Below are positions 51,565-64,000 of a stretch of DNA of 64,000 nucleotides, in pieces. Under the pieces are notes generated by a model, which saw nothing but the letters and a program-made list of their open reading frames with translations, searched no databases and was not told the origin of the DNA. Each line of letters begins with the position of its first letter. Position 1 is the first letter of the stretch. Source of the stretch: Eledone cirrhosa (lineage: Eukaryota); NCBI GenBank assembly GCA_964016885.1, contig OZ024765.1, forward strand, positions 18,290,001-18,354,000, in the 5' to 3' direction. A program made the position numbers and the translations under genes.

Positions 51565-52465
51565 CTATAGGCTAACAAACTTGAAGAGAGGGGTGTTCTC
51601 CCTGGGTGCCCTAGAAGCGCAGGGTGGTTCAGGATTAGTGGGGTACCCGAGTCACCCTAGGGTGGTCTACCCCTATCGGGGAATTTATTTTGTTATATTT
51701 ATGCATAGTTTATTTTATATTTTGTATATCTTCATTGTTAAATTAGTCTTGCCATTGTGCACTTTTACTCGACCTTATTGTAAACCCCCCACTGTCCCTG
51801 TCTTTGTATTGTCCCCTACATGTCGGCCCTTGTGGCTAATAAATGAAATCATTGGTGGATTGGCAGTATTGGTAGAGGGTCGGACGCTATGCTTTGGCGT
51901 ATAGAATTACGGTCCTTGCCATTCTCAGTTCAAATTCCCGCCGAGGTTAACTTTGCCTTTCATCCTTACGGGGTCGATAAAATAAAGTATCAGTAATACA
52001 CTGGGATAATTGCTGGCCTTGTCCCTAAAGTAGAAACAATTATTATTATCATTATTGTTGTTATTGTTGTTGTTTTTATTATTATTGAAGTGCTGCCCTG
52101 CCCCCAGTACATTTACTAAAAGGTGGATGAATGTGGCGAGAATGGCCCGTGTGAGTGGGCCTACTCTGACCATGCGCCTATAGGCTAGCTAATTTGAGGA
52201 GAGGGGTGCTCTCCCTGGGTGCCCTAGAAGCGCAGGGTTGTTCAGGATTGGTGGGGTACCCGAGTCACCCCAGGGTCGTCCAGCCCCTATCGGGGAATTT
52301 ATTTTGTTATATTTATGCATAGTTTATTTTATATTTTTTATATTTTCATTGTTAAATTAGTCTTGCCATTGAGCACTTTTACTGGACCTTATTGTAAACC
52401 CCCCACCGTCGCTGTCTTTGTACTGTCCCCTACATGTCGGCCCTTGTGGCTAATAAATGAAATCA
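51565..52465 (+). mobile_element. Tx1 3'UTR (51565-51850) + SINE-A (51853-52045) + (TAT)n + second Tx1 3' fragment (52089-52465)
   Basis: Homology to 34850-35110. Both LINE ends finish CCCTTGTGGCTAATAAATGAAATCATT. Confidence 0.75.
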
Positions 52466-53081
52466 TTATTATTATTATTGTTGTTATTGTTAGTGTTGTT
52501 ATTGTTATTGTTGTTATTGTTATTATTGTTGTTATTATTTTGAGAATCACATGAATACCTCACATGACCATTTATAGAAAATCCATTCCTATACGCCTCC
52601 GTAAATATCAATTCCACTTGATCAGCTGGTCTTCTATACACATATATCCATATATACATGTATATATGTGTATATATGTATATATAAGTGATGGCTGAAT
52701 TCTCTCCCTTGGATTGTGGAAAATGTTTCCTTTGTTAATTTTTGGTTTTGTTTTTGTTTGGTTTTATAGAAACTTTTTTTTTATTACATAACTATATTAC
52801 ATAATACACACATGAATGTATGTATGTATGTAAATAGATATGTATGTATGTATGTAAATATATATGTATGTATGTAAATATATATGTATGTAAATATATA
52901 TGTATGTATGCAAGTATGTATATATGTATATATGCATATATATGTTTATATATGCATATGTATGTGTATGTATATAAATATGTATGTGCATATATAAATA
53001 TGTATGTGTGTATATATATATATATATTTATATATAAATATGCATGTTTATATATGTATATATATATATATATATATGCAC

Positions 53082-53118
<37 letters not shown>

Positions 53119-53135
53119 AGTGTGTATGTATGTAC

Positions 53136-53172
<37 letters not shown>

Positions 53173-53420
53173 AATAAATAGATAATATACATACATATAC
53201 ATATATATATAAAGAGAGATATATATTGATACATACATATATATATGTGTGTGTGTGTGTGCAGTATCATATAAATTACCCCAGTATATAACTGGGTAAA
53301 CATTTCAAGAAACTTTGTTGGAGATACAACAATCACCCCAATATGTAAAAAAAAGAAAATCCAAAAGTGTAACATATATATATATATTTATGTATATATA
53401 TATATATATATATATACATA

Positions 53421-53460
<40 letters not shown>

Positions 53461-53563
53461 TATATATATACATATGTGCATACATATATATATATATATG
53501 CACATATGTATATATATATACATATGTGCATACATATATATATATATATATATATGTGCATAC

Positions 53564-53624
<61 letters not shown>

Positions 53625-54104
53625 TATTTATACAGAGATATAAATGAATGCATTTATTCTCCAACACTTTTTTTTTTTTACATTTTTTTAATCCAGTGAA
53701 TTTTCAACATTAAATGCATATATCCAGACATGTATGTATATATATATATATATATATAATATATATTGAAGCATGTATATATAAGTTATATCCAGGGTAA
53801 TATATTTTCCATGAAAGTGTTAAAATCTAATCCATATATCATTCCTGGGTGTACCAATGGCTGGCTAAATCCGAGTGTTCCTTTAGTTTTTTGCTGTAGA
53901 AAACTTAGCGTTGTTTCTCGTGATCTCTAGATGTGTGAGTATGTGTGTATGTGTGTGTGTGTGTTTTATGCTGTGTTGGATTGAATATGAGGATGTGTGT
54001 GCGTGTGTGTCTATGTGTGTGTGTGTGTGTAAGTGCGCGTGTTTGCGCACGTGTGACTTTGTGTGTGTGTGTCCCCGTGTGCATGTGTTTCCGTGTGTAT
54101 GTAT

Positions 54105-54986
54105 ATGTGTGTTTGGTTCAATTTGTGAGTGTGTGTGTGTGTGTGTGCGTGTGTGTGTTTGGGTCCCCGTGTGTGTGTATATGTGTGTTTTGTTCAATTT
54201 GTGAGTGTGTGTGTGTGTGCGTGTGTGTGTTTGGGTCCCCGTGTGTGTGTATATATGTTTTGTTCAATTTGTGAGTGTGTGTGTGTGTGTGCGTGTGTGT
54301 ATTTGGGTCCCCGTGTGTGTGTATATATGTGTTTTGTTCAATTTGTGAGTGTGTGTGTGTGTGCATGTGTGTGTTTGGGTCCCCGTGTGTGTGTATATGT
54401 GTGTTTTGTTCAATTTGTGAGTGTGTGTGTGTGTGCGTGTGTGTGTTTGGGTCCCCGTGTGTGTGTATATATGTGTTTTGTTCAATTTGTGAGTGTGTGT
54501 GTGTGTGTTTGGGTCCCTGTGTGTGTGTATATATGTGTTTTGTTCAATTTGTGAGTGTGTGCGTGTGTGTGTTTGGGTCCCCGTGTGTGTGTATATATGT
54601 GTTTTGTTCAATTTGTGAGTGTGTATGTGTGGGGGGAGGGTGGGTCCTTGTGTGTATGTATATATGTGTTTGATTCAATTTGTGAGTGAGTGTGTGTGGG
54701 GGGGGTCCTTGTGTGTATGTATATATGTGTTTGATTCAATTTGTGAGTGTGTGTGTGTGCGTGTCCTTGTGTGTATGTATATATGTGTTTGATTCAATTT
54801 GTGAGTGTGTGTGTGTGGGGGGGTCCTTGTGTGTGTGTATATATGTGTTTGATTCAATTTGTGAGTGTGTGTGTGTGCGTGTCCTTGTGTGTATGTATAT
54901 ATGTGTTTGATTCAATTTGTGAGTGTGTATGTGGGGGGGGGGTCCTTGTGTGTGTGTATATATGTGTTTGATTCAATTTGTGAGTG
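54105..54986. repeat. ~55-66-bp tandem array built on (GT)n with the anchor TTCAATTTGTGAG
   Basis: About 14 anchors. The unit shifts from GGGTCCCCG to GTCCTTG variants along the array. Confidence 0.85.
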
Positions 54987-55077
54987 ACCATATGTATATA
55001 TGCTTTTGAGTGTGTATATATACTCACTATATATGTATGTGTCTGTGTGTGTATGTACGGATATATATACGTAACTA

Positions 55078-55109
<32 letters not shown>

Positions 55110-55409
55110 TGTATATATATATGTATATATATATATACATAGATATATATATATATACATACATATATGTATGTATATATATATATGCGTATATATATAT
55201 ACATATATGTATGTATATATATATGCGTATATATATATATGTATATATATGTGTCTGTGTGTGCATGTGTATATATATATATGTGTCTTTGTGTATATAT
55301 ATATGTGTTTGTGTGTATATATGTCTGTGTCTGTGCGTATATATATGTATATTTATGTATATATATATGTGTGTGTGTGTGTGTCTGTGTGTGTATGTGT
55401 GTATATATG

Positions 55410-55443
<34 letters not shown>

Positions 55444-55760
55444 ATTAAGATGCAGTTGGATTGGTTTATTTTTTAATTATTTTTATCATTATGAGATCGA
55501 AGAGATTATATTACAACGCAATTGGATCTAGCTCATACACACACACACACACACACACATACATACACATACATACTTACACATACATATGCATACACAT
55601 ATACACACGCACATACATACATACACATATACACACACATACACCCATACACATACATACACACACGCACACATATATATACACATGCACATACACACGC
55701 ATAAACACACAAACACACAGACACACGCACATATATATATATATCAATATCTATCTATAC

Positions 55761-55801
<41 letters not shown>

Positions 55802-55808
55802 CGTGTGT

Positions 55809-55851
<43 letters not shown>

Positions 55852-55872
55852 GATATAGATAGATAGATATTG

Positions 55873-55908
<36 letters not shown>

Positions 55909-55917
55909 ACACACACA

Positions 55918-56075
55918 GCTAGATCATCCGAACAGTTCGGATCTTGCTGACGAAACGGCCGGAGCTCAGCCGTCGGGGTCCTGACTCTTTTCCTGTTATC
56001 CACTCTACTACCCTAAGTATCGAGCACCCTGGTGTGTTATGGTCCACCTGGTTCCTTACCACACTTTCTTTGTTA
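55918..56075 (+). mobile_element. Family P1 element
   Basis: GACGAAACGGCCGGAGCTCAGCCGTCGGGGTCC plus the P1 3' end. Confidence 0.7.
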
Positions 56076-56362
56076 TATATATTACATTGAGCTATTTATC
56101 TTACTGGTAATAGGATAGTAATTAAAGACTATCTCTCACTATTTAGGGTTTGTGTATATATAATATATTACCATCAAAGGTTTTATTGCATACATAACCA
56201 TAAATAGTACCCTTAATACTATATATATATATATAACGAAGAAACTGTATATATATATATATATATATATATAGTGAAAAATGGAACGGGAACAAAACAG
56301 AGACGCAGTACGAACAAAGGTTTATTAGGTACACGCTCTTGAGATGGTTGAGATGGGGGAGG

Positions 56363-56416
<54 letters not shown>

Positions 56417-56644
56417 TAGAGAAAGAGAGAGAATGCGTGTGTGTCTATCAAAAACTAGAGAGTGCGTGTGTATATGTGTAATGATATCACGTGACATGAG
56501 AATTATCTCCCCTTCTATGTTATCCTCACGTGACAGCCTTCAGGCCGGCAGTCCGTAAACAAAACAAACTCAAACGTATTTATACATTATTTTATAGTTT
56601 TATGACGTTTCATATTTATCTGGGGTTTATTATCACGTTACAAT

Positions 56645-56700
<56 letters not shown>

Positions 56701-56876
56701 GAGTATATATTTATATATATACATACGTGTGTGTATATACTTATTTACATAAATACTTGTCTTATAATATTCGTGTATTTATATATTTATATATAGCAGT
56801 AATTAATTGTATTTATTACATGTTTATATTTTCATTCTGTCAGCATTATATTATTTATTATATTCGTAGAAAAGTA

Positions 56877-57068
56877 ATAATTGTTTCTACTTTTGGCACA
56901 AGGCTAGCAATTACACAGTGTATTACTGGTACTTTATTTTATCGACCCCGTAAGGATGAAAGGCAAAATTAACCTCGGCTGGATTTGAACTCAGAATGGA
57001 AAGGGCCGTAACTCTATGCGTCAAAGCATGGCGTCAGACCCTCTACCGATACTGCCAATCCACCGCCT
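56877..57068 (-). mobile_element. Full-length SINE-A
   Basis: Consensus match. Confidence 0.9.
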
Positions 57069-57302
57069 AATGATGATATTTTTGGGGTCATTACAATTAA
57101 TGTATATATATATGTGATGTTTATATATATATATATATATAAACAAGGTTCGGACCTCGCTGTCGACACGGCCAGAGCTCAGCCGTTGGGGTCCTGAATC
57201 TTTTCATATATATATATATTATATATATATATACATATATATATATATAATTGGTTGCAATATATCGTTATCTTTTCTTCTGGCAGCAGTTCGTTCGACC
57301 AT

Positions 57303-58520
57303 CTGTATTACCTGCTTGTGTGTTGTATGTGGTCCTAGATGTGTTTATTACCTGCTTGTGTGTTATATATGGTCCTAGATGTGTGTATTACCTGCTTGTG
57401 TGTTGTATGTGGTCCTAGATGTGTGTATCATTTGCTTGTGTGTTATATATGGTCCAAGATGTGTGTATTACCTGCTTGTGTGTTGTATGTGGTCCTAGAT
57501 GTGTGTATTACCTGCTTGTGTGTTGTATGTGGTCCTAGATGTGTGTATCATCTGTTTGTGTGTTATATATGGTCCTAGATGTGTGTATCATCTGCTTGTG
57601 TGTTATATGTGATCCTAGATGTGTGTATCATCTGTTTGTGTGTTATATATGGTCCGAGATGTGTGTATTACCTGCTTGTGTGTTGTATATAGTCCTAGAT
57701 GTGTGTATTACCTGCTTGTGTGTTGTATATAGTCCTAGATGTGTGTATTACCTGCTTGTGTGTTATATATGGTCCTAGATGTGTGTATTACCTGCTTGTG
57801 TGTTATATATGGTCCTAGATGTGTGTATTACCTGCTTGTGTGTTATATATGGTCCTAGATGTATGTATTACCTGCTTGTGTGTTGTATGTGGTCCTAGAT
57901 GTGTGTATTACCTGCTTGTGTGTTGTATGTGGTCCTAGATGAGTGTATTACCTGCTTGTGTGTTGTATGTGGTCCTAGATGTGTGTATTACCTGCTTGTG
58001 TGTTGTATGTGGTCCTAGATGTGTGTATTACCTGCTTGTGTGTTATATATGGTCCTAGATGTGTGTATTACCTGCTTGTGTGTTATATATGGTCCTGGAT
58101 GTGTGTATTACCTGCTTATGTGTTGTATGTGGTCCTAGATGTGTGTATTACCTGCTTGTGTGTTGTATGTGGTCCTAGATGAGTGTATTACCTGCTTGTG
58201 TGTTGTATGTGGTCCTAGATGTGTGTATTACCTGCTTGTGTGTTGTATGTGGTCCTAGATGAGTGTATTACCTGCTTGTGTGTTGTATGTGGTCCTAGAT
58301 GTGTGTATTACCTGCTTGTGTGTTGTATGTGGTCCTAAATGTGTGTATTACCTGCTTGTGTGTTATATATGGTCCGAGATGTGTATTACCTGTTGTGTGT
58401 TGTATATAGTCCTAGATGTGTGTATTACCTACTTGTGTGGTGTATATGGTCCTAGATGTGTGTATTACCAGCTTGTGTGTTGTATATGGTCCTAGATGTG
58501 TGTATTACCAGCTTGTGTGT
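57303..58520. repeat. 40-bp minisatellite (~30 copies)
   Basis: Unit GTGTGTATTACCTGCTTGTGTGTTGTATGTGGTCCTAGAT. Confidence 0.95.
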
Positions 58521-58848
58521 GTTTACATTTGTAATATGAGGACGGCTATGTTGACAAATATTGTTACAACAGTGAGAGACATGTACATGTACTTAAGTTT
58601 TGTTAGGTTATACACCCCAACTTATTCAGCCCGTTATATTATATTTCCACCCATTTCTCTCCTTTGGCTAAGACCTTGTGCATCGGACTCTCTCTTCTGT
58701 ATATAACAGGCTAAGGTGTATGACCCAACGAAACTTAGGCACCTGTCTAAATGAGAGAAGGTGTTCTGTGGTAACACGGTAACTAATTATACTCGTCCTA
58801 TGGACTGAGTGCTCTTAGCTTCGGATATTTCTACTAAACTTATACAAC

Positions 58849-58896
<48 letters not shown>

Positions 58897-58901
<5 letters not shown>

Positions 58902-59077
58902 AAGTATGACCCCGACGGCAGAGCTCAAGCCGTTTCGACGGCTATTTCTGGACCAGAAATAGCTGTCGAAACAGCCTTCAGGGTCATACTTTTTCCTATT
59001 TCCCACTCTACTACCCTAAGTATTGAGTACTCTGGTGCGTTATGGTCCATCTGGTTCCTTATCACATTTCCTTTGTT
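58897..59077 (+). mobile_element. Family P1 element with fold-back
   Basis: GAAAAAGTATGACCCCGACGGC...GGGTCATACTTTTTC plus the P1 3' end. Confidence 0.75.
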
Positions 59078-59080
59078 ATA

Positions 59081-59116
<36 letters not shown>

Positions 59117-59129
59117 TGTATTAAATTTT

Positions 59130-59196
59130 CATTCTGATGAGTGATTTCAGACGTCTCTGTTGAGCTCGTCTGTCTTCGTGAAACCTTTGGTAAATG
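59130..59196 (+). ncRNA. Type I hammerhead ribozyme (family P6)
   Basis: CATT-CTGATGA-GTGA..CAGACG..CGTCTG..TCGT-GAAA-CC TTT GG-TA-AATG. Confidence 0.72.
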
Positions 59197-59600
59197 GAAT
59201 AATTGTCTTATGTTGTTTATTACATAAGTAAATATATATATTTGTGTGTGTGTGTAGATATATTGTTTATATAAATTCTTTTAACATCCATTGTTGGTTG
59301 TTTGAAAGTAATATATATAATGAATTGTCACTCTTTATTTTTCGAGGTTTACCCGACAACTGGTAAATATATACTATATATGATAAGTATATATATCATA
59401 GTAATTTCTTTATTGGTCACAATAATAATAATAATAATAATAAACAAAGATCAAAATACAGAGAGGACTCCATAAAAGTATATATAATAATGTTTTCTTT
59501 ATTAACCAGGAGGGTTGACATAAAGTATAACATTAAGGGCAATACAGGACGGTACAAATGGGCATTTCTGCGTGTAAAGAAAAAAAACAAAACAGAAAAT

Positions 59601-60870
59601 TTTACGTCCACTTTTACGTCCACTTTTCCCTGCTTGCAAGGGTGGGACGGGTCTTATTCAGCACAGCATCTCTCCACTTGTCACGGTCCTTTGTCATCTT
59701 CACCGTGAGCTTCAGCGATCTGAGGTCTGTTCTCACCACCTCCGCCCATGTTTTTCGTGGTCTACCTCTCCCACATCTTCCTTCAACTGGCATTTCCTGG
59801 CACTTCTTCACCCATCGGTCATCCTCCATGCGCATCACATGTCCATACCACCTCAGTCTCCTCTCCCGTACACTACATTCTATCCCTCTCAGACACAGTT
59901 TCTCTCTCAACACATTCATGCTGGGTCATTCACGCACATTGATATTGCACATCCAACGGAGCATGCTTGCCTCATTTCTCTCCAGCCGTCGCATATCCTC
60001 TGCAATTGCTGCCCATGTCTCACTACCATGCAGCATCGCGCTCCTCACACAGGCATCATATAACTGGCCTTTCGTATGGAGGGAGAAACCTAGGTACCGG
60101 AAGCTATCCACCACTTCTATAGCACCCGCCTGCATTTGAAAAATGTGTCTATCAATGCGACTTACTGTCTAATTTCCCTGTACATCTACTGCATACATAT
60201 TTCTCCCTACCTGTTAGTTTGCTTGCTATCCCGCTACATCTCTTATGTACCCAGGATCTGCATTGTGTGCATTTTATAGAATTCATGCCAGTTCCTTTTC
60301 TGCATATCGAACATGGCCATTTCCCTGATGGAATCAGAGTTTTGTCCTCTTTTCTACTCATCAACACTTTTGTCTTAGCTAGGTTCACTCTCAGTCCTCT
60401 TGCTTCCAACTGCTGTTTCCATAGCCAGAATTTATTCTCTAGCTCCTCTACTGATTCTGCTATAAGAACCAGATCATCAGCATAGAGAAGTTCCCATGGA
60501 AAGCCAGTCTTAAACTCCTCTGTTATGGCTTGGAGGACTATAATGAACAAGAGCAGGCTGAGGACCGAACCTTGATGTACTCCTATCTGTATCTGGAATT
60601 CCTCACTAAACTTCATTCCTACCATGACTTTACTGACAGCACTCCTGTACATAGCTTGCACTGTCCTCACAAGGCATTCCTCAACACCTAGTTTCCTTAG
60701 GGACCACCAGATGACAGATCGGGGTACCCTATCAAAGGCCTTCTCTAGATCAACAAAGGTTAAGTATAGTGGCTTATTTTTCTCTAAGATCCTCTTTTGC
60801 AATTGTCTCACCAAGAAGAGGGCATCTGTTGTACTCTTCCCAGGCACAAAACCAAACTGCATCTCATCTC
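59601..60870 (-). mobile_element. RTE LINE ORF2 fragment (RT domain with YADD, PHD-like finger, internally deleted C-terminus)
   Basis: QFGFVPGKSTTDA..FVDLEKAFDRVPR..GVHQGSVLS..LLYADDLV..CSIC..CTQC..WVHKRC..CSRC..DSFRYLG..LHGSETW..RRLRWYGHV..GRPRKTW. Confidence 0.92.
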
Positions 60871-60891
60871 ATCTCACCCAATAATAATAAT

Positions 60892-61325
60892 AATTGTTTT
60901 TACTTTTGGCACAAGGCCAGCAATTATCCCAGTGTATTACTGGTACTTTATTTTCTCGACCCCGTAAGGATGAAAGGCAAAGTTAACCTCGGCGGGATTT
61001 GAACTCAGATCATAAAGGGACGTAACTCTATGCGTCAAAGCATGGTGTCCGGCTCTCTACCGATACTGCCAATCCACCGCCTTAACCTCGGCGGGATTTG
61101 AACTCAGATCATAAAGGGACGTAACTCTATGCGTCAAAGCATGGTGTCCGGCTCTCTACCGATACTGCCAATCCACCGCCTTAACCTCGGCGAGATTTGA
61201 ACTCAGATCATAAAGGGACGTAACTCTATGCTTCAAAGCATGGTGTCCGGCTCTCTACCGATACTGCCAATCCACCACCTTAACCTCGGCGGGATTTGAA
61301 CTCCGAATGCCAAGGGCCGTAACTC
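60892..61325 (-). mobile_element. SINE-A with a 99-bp tandem triplication of its tRNA head
   Basis: Unit starts at 60983, 61082, 61181 and 61280. Confidence 0.9.
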
Positions 61326-61330
61326 AAAAG

Positions 61331-61555
61331 GATGATTTGTTATGTCTTCATTATGTTTATTGATTGGTGACACGCGTTTCACTATTGATCAGCTCAAAGT
61401 TCGATCTGTATTGATCTGGCCTGACTCTGGAATCAAAAGCTCGTCGGACCTCTGCTGTTGTAATGACAGAATCGATACAGATCAAACCTTGAGCTGATCA
61501 ATAGCGAAACGCGCGTCACCAATCAGTAAACGTAATGAAGACATAACAAATCGTC
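61331..61555. mobile_element. Fold-back Penelope-type fragment with HHR 3' halves
   Basis: Arms of ~85 bp. The right arm reads ATAGC-GAAA-C GCGC G-TC-ACCAA. Confidence 0.65.
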
Positions 61556-61756
61556 TGGCAGTATTGGTAGAGGATCAGATGCTTTGATGCACAGAGTTAC
61601 AGCCCTTGCCGTAACTCTATGCCGTAACTCCTTGCTGAGTTCAAATCCTGCCGAGGTTAACTTTGCCTTTCATCCTTACGGGAGGTCGATAAAATAAAGT
61701 AGCAGTAATACACTGGGATAATTGCTGGCCTTGTGCCAAAAGTAGAAACAATTATT
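61555..61756 (+). mobile_element. SINE-A
   Basis: Consensus match. Confidence 0.85.
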
Positions 61757-61859
61757 ATATTTACACTGTTTAGCTCTACATCTCGTTACAGACGTGAATC
61801 TAAACATCGAGTGCTCACCTCTGAACCTCCAGTAACTGCACATTACTCTCACTATATAT

Positions 61860-62180
61860 AGTGGTTAGAGCATTGGCCTTGCAATCGAAAGGTTGTGAGT
61901 TCAATTCTCAGACCGGGTGATGTGTTGTTTCCTTGAGCAAGACACTTTATTTCACATTGCTCCAGTTTACTCAGCTGTAGAAATGAGATGATAGGGACTG
62001 GGGTCCCTATCATTCCACTGCAAAGTGGTCGTGGAGGTGCCACGGCAAAAAAGCACCCAGCACTCACTGTAAATGAGGTTGGTGTTAGGAAGGGCATCCA
62101 GCTGTAGAAATCAAGCCAGAATCAGTTCCCGTCCCACCCTTGCAGGCAGGGAAAAGCAGACGTAAAATGATGCTGATGAT
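61860..62180 (+). mobile_element. CORE-SINE with an RTE-derived 3' tail
   Basis: tRNA head, CORE CCTTGAGCAAGACACTTTATTTCAC.., tail CCCGTCCCACCCTTGCAGGCAGGGAAAAGCAGACGTAAAA matching the LINE end at 59601-59652. Confidence 0.85.
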
Positions 62181-62416
62181 ATATGTGTGTGTGTGTCTAT
62201 ATATATATGTAGTTCTCCTTTTCGTGTAGTGTTTTTGATGCTTCAGATAGTGGGATTGGTTGAGTGCAAGGCCCTTTCCCACTTAAAAAAACCCCTCAAA
62301 GCACAGGCATTGCTTGTTCAGGATCTGTTACAGGTTTGTGTGGCTGGCCGTAGCCTAAAAGTGCACCAGACACTGTAATCAGACAAGCGATTGCAGTACT
62401 CTTAGCAGAGTATGCA

Positions 62417-62465
<49 letters not shown>

Positions 62466-62618
62466 CATACATACACACATGTATATATACAAATATATAT
62501 ATACATGAAAATATGCATGTGTGTATATATATATATATATATATATGTAGATATATATATAGTCCAGAATTAGCCGTCGAAACGGCTTGAGCTCAGCCGT
62601 CGGGGTCCTACTCGTTCC

Positions 62619-62659
<41 letters not shown>

Positions 62660-63124
62660 ATTTATGATGTGTCTGTGTGTGTGTGTATATTTATGATGTA
62701 TATGTGTGTGTGTGTATATATATTTATGATGTATATATATATGTGTGTGTATGTGTGTGTGTGTATATTTATGATGTATGTATGTGTGTTTGTGTATATA
62801 TATTTATGACATGATTATATATATTTATTATCATTGTCTTGTATTATTTTAACCAATTAATGAATTTAATATAAACACTATACAACATCCACGGTAACCT
62901 GATAGTGAGATATGGGAATTAGTACAAAATCTAGGGAATAAATGTTCCTTAGTTTTAAATAATTGATATAACTTTCAATTATTAAGACCCCATTGAACTA
63001 AATATTGACATATAATATATTTATTTTAAAGGTTTGTTATTTTGAATAGATTAAGAAGATATTTCAACCCTATAATAAAGTTTTATTCACAGTTGTATAA
63101 ATAATATTACAAATAAAAAATCCT

Positions 63125-64000
63125 AAAATACCCTGATCTGTCTGGCCAACTATATTTTCCAACCTGTGGCGTTCAAAACGTTTGGGGGACTCGGGCTACT
63201 GACTGCGAGATTCCTATCTTCACTGGCGGCTTGCCTCACAGAGGTAACTGGTGAAGATCGTGAGGGTGCTTGGCTGTTCCAGCACCTCAGTGTCGCCGTC
63301 ACCCGAGGTAACTGGTGAAGCGCGTGAGGGTGCTTGGCTGTTCCAGCACCTCAGTGTCGCCGTCACCCGAGGTAACTGGTGAAGCGCGTGAGGGTGCTTG
63401 GCTGTTCCAGCACCTCAGTGTCGCCGTCACCCGAGGTAACTGGTGAAGCTCGTGAGGGTGCTTGGCTGTTCCAGCACCTCAGTGTCGCCGTCACCCGAGG
63501 TAACTGGTGAAGCTCGTGAGGGCGCTTGGCTGTTCCAGCACCTCAGTGTCGCTGTCACCCGGGGTAACTGGTGAAGCGCGTGAGGGTGCTTGGCTGTTCC
63601 AGCACCTCAGTGTCGCAGTCACCCGAGGTAACTGGTGAAGCTCGTGAGGGTGCTTGGCTGTTCCAGCACCTCAGTGTCGCCGTCACCCGAGGTAACTGGT
63701 GAAGCTCGTGAGGGTGCTTGGCTGTTCCAGCACCTCAGTGTCGCCGTCACCCGAGGTAACTGGTGAAGCTCGTGAGGGTGCTTGGCTGTTCCAGCACCTC
63801 AGTGTCGCCGTCACCCGAGGTAACTGGTGAAGCTCGTGAGGGTGCTTGGCTGTTCCAGCACCTCAGTGTCGCCGTCACCCGAGGTAACTGGTGAAGATCG
63901 TGAGGGTGCTTGGCTGTTCCAGCACCTCAGTGTCGCCGTCACCCGAGGTAACTGGTGAAGCGCGTGAGGGTGCTTGGCTGTTCCAGCACCTCAGTGTCGC
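63125..64000 (+). repeat. CRE-type RLE fragment running into a 64-bp tandem array (>=11.8 copies from 63241, beyond the window end)
   Basis: KY..YIFQPVAFKTFGGLG..ARFLSSLA..EVTGEDREGAWLFQHLSVAVTRGN. The unit is bounded by GAGGTAAC microhomology. Confidence 0.9.

Noticed and set aside
52559-52633. Possible minus-strand micro-exon (RPADQVELIFTEAYRNGFSINGHV)
   Set aside because: Splice signals are weak and there is no recognisable protein similarity.
60152-60862. 236-aa RT ORF as a host gene or intact retroelement
   Set aside because: It is 5'-truncated, frameshifted and internally deleted downstream, so it is a dead RTE copy.

Overview
AT-rich, repeat-saturated animal genomic DNA. The SINE, LINE and microsatellite landscape resembles an octopod cephalopod (inference). 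Nearly all ORFs in the supplied track are microsatellite artefacts. The only host coding sequence I can support is a first coding exon of a white-like ABCG transporter on the minus strand (23320-22936, phase-1 GTGAGT donor). No Walker-A exon was found, so positions 1-22935 are probably one large intron. The rest is a mosaic of tRNA-derived SINEs (two families), RTE, CR1, Tx1/L1, CRE and R4/Dong LINE fragments, a mariner remnant, a MITE and a Helitron-like element. Most notable: (1) about 20 complete or partial hammerhead ribozyme (HHR) motifs from several unrelated (TA)n-embedded Penelope-type short elements, including a covarying U3-A8 core variant; (2) fold-back inversions that repeatedly centre on the HHR core or stem II; (3) two diverged ~515-bp terminally redundant elements carrying a covarying, multiply pseudoknotted motif with HHR-like core words in a non-canonical order, a candidate undescribed structured RNA; (4) at least nine young tandem arrays built from SINE or LINE pieces; (5) apparent partitioning of microsatellite types among retroelement families. 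Coordinates were read by eye and may be off by a few bases.
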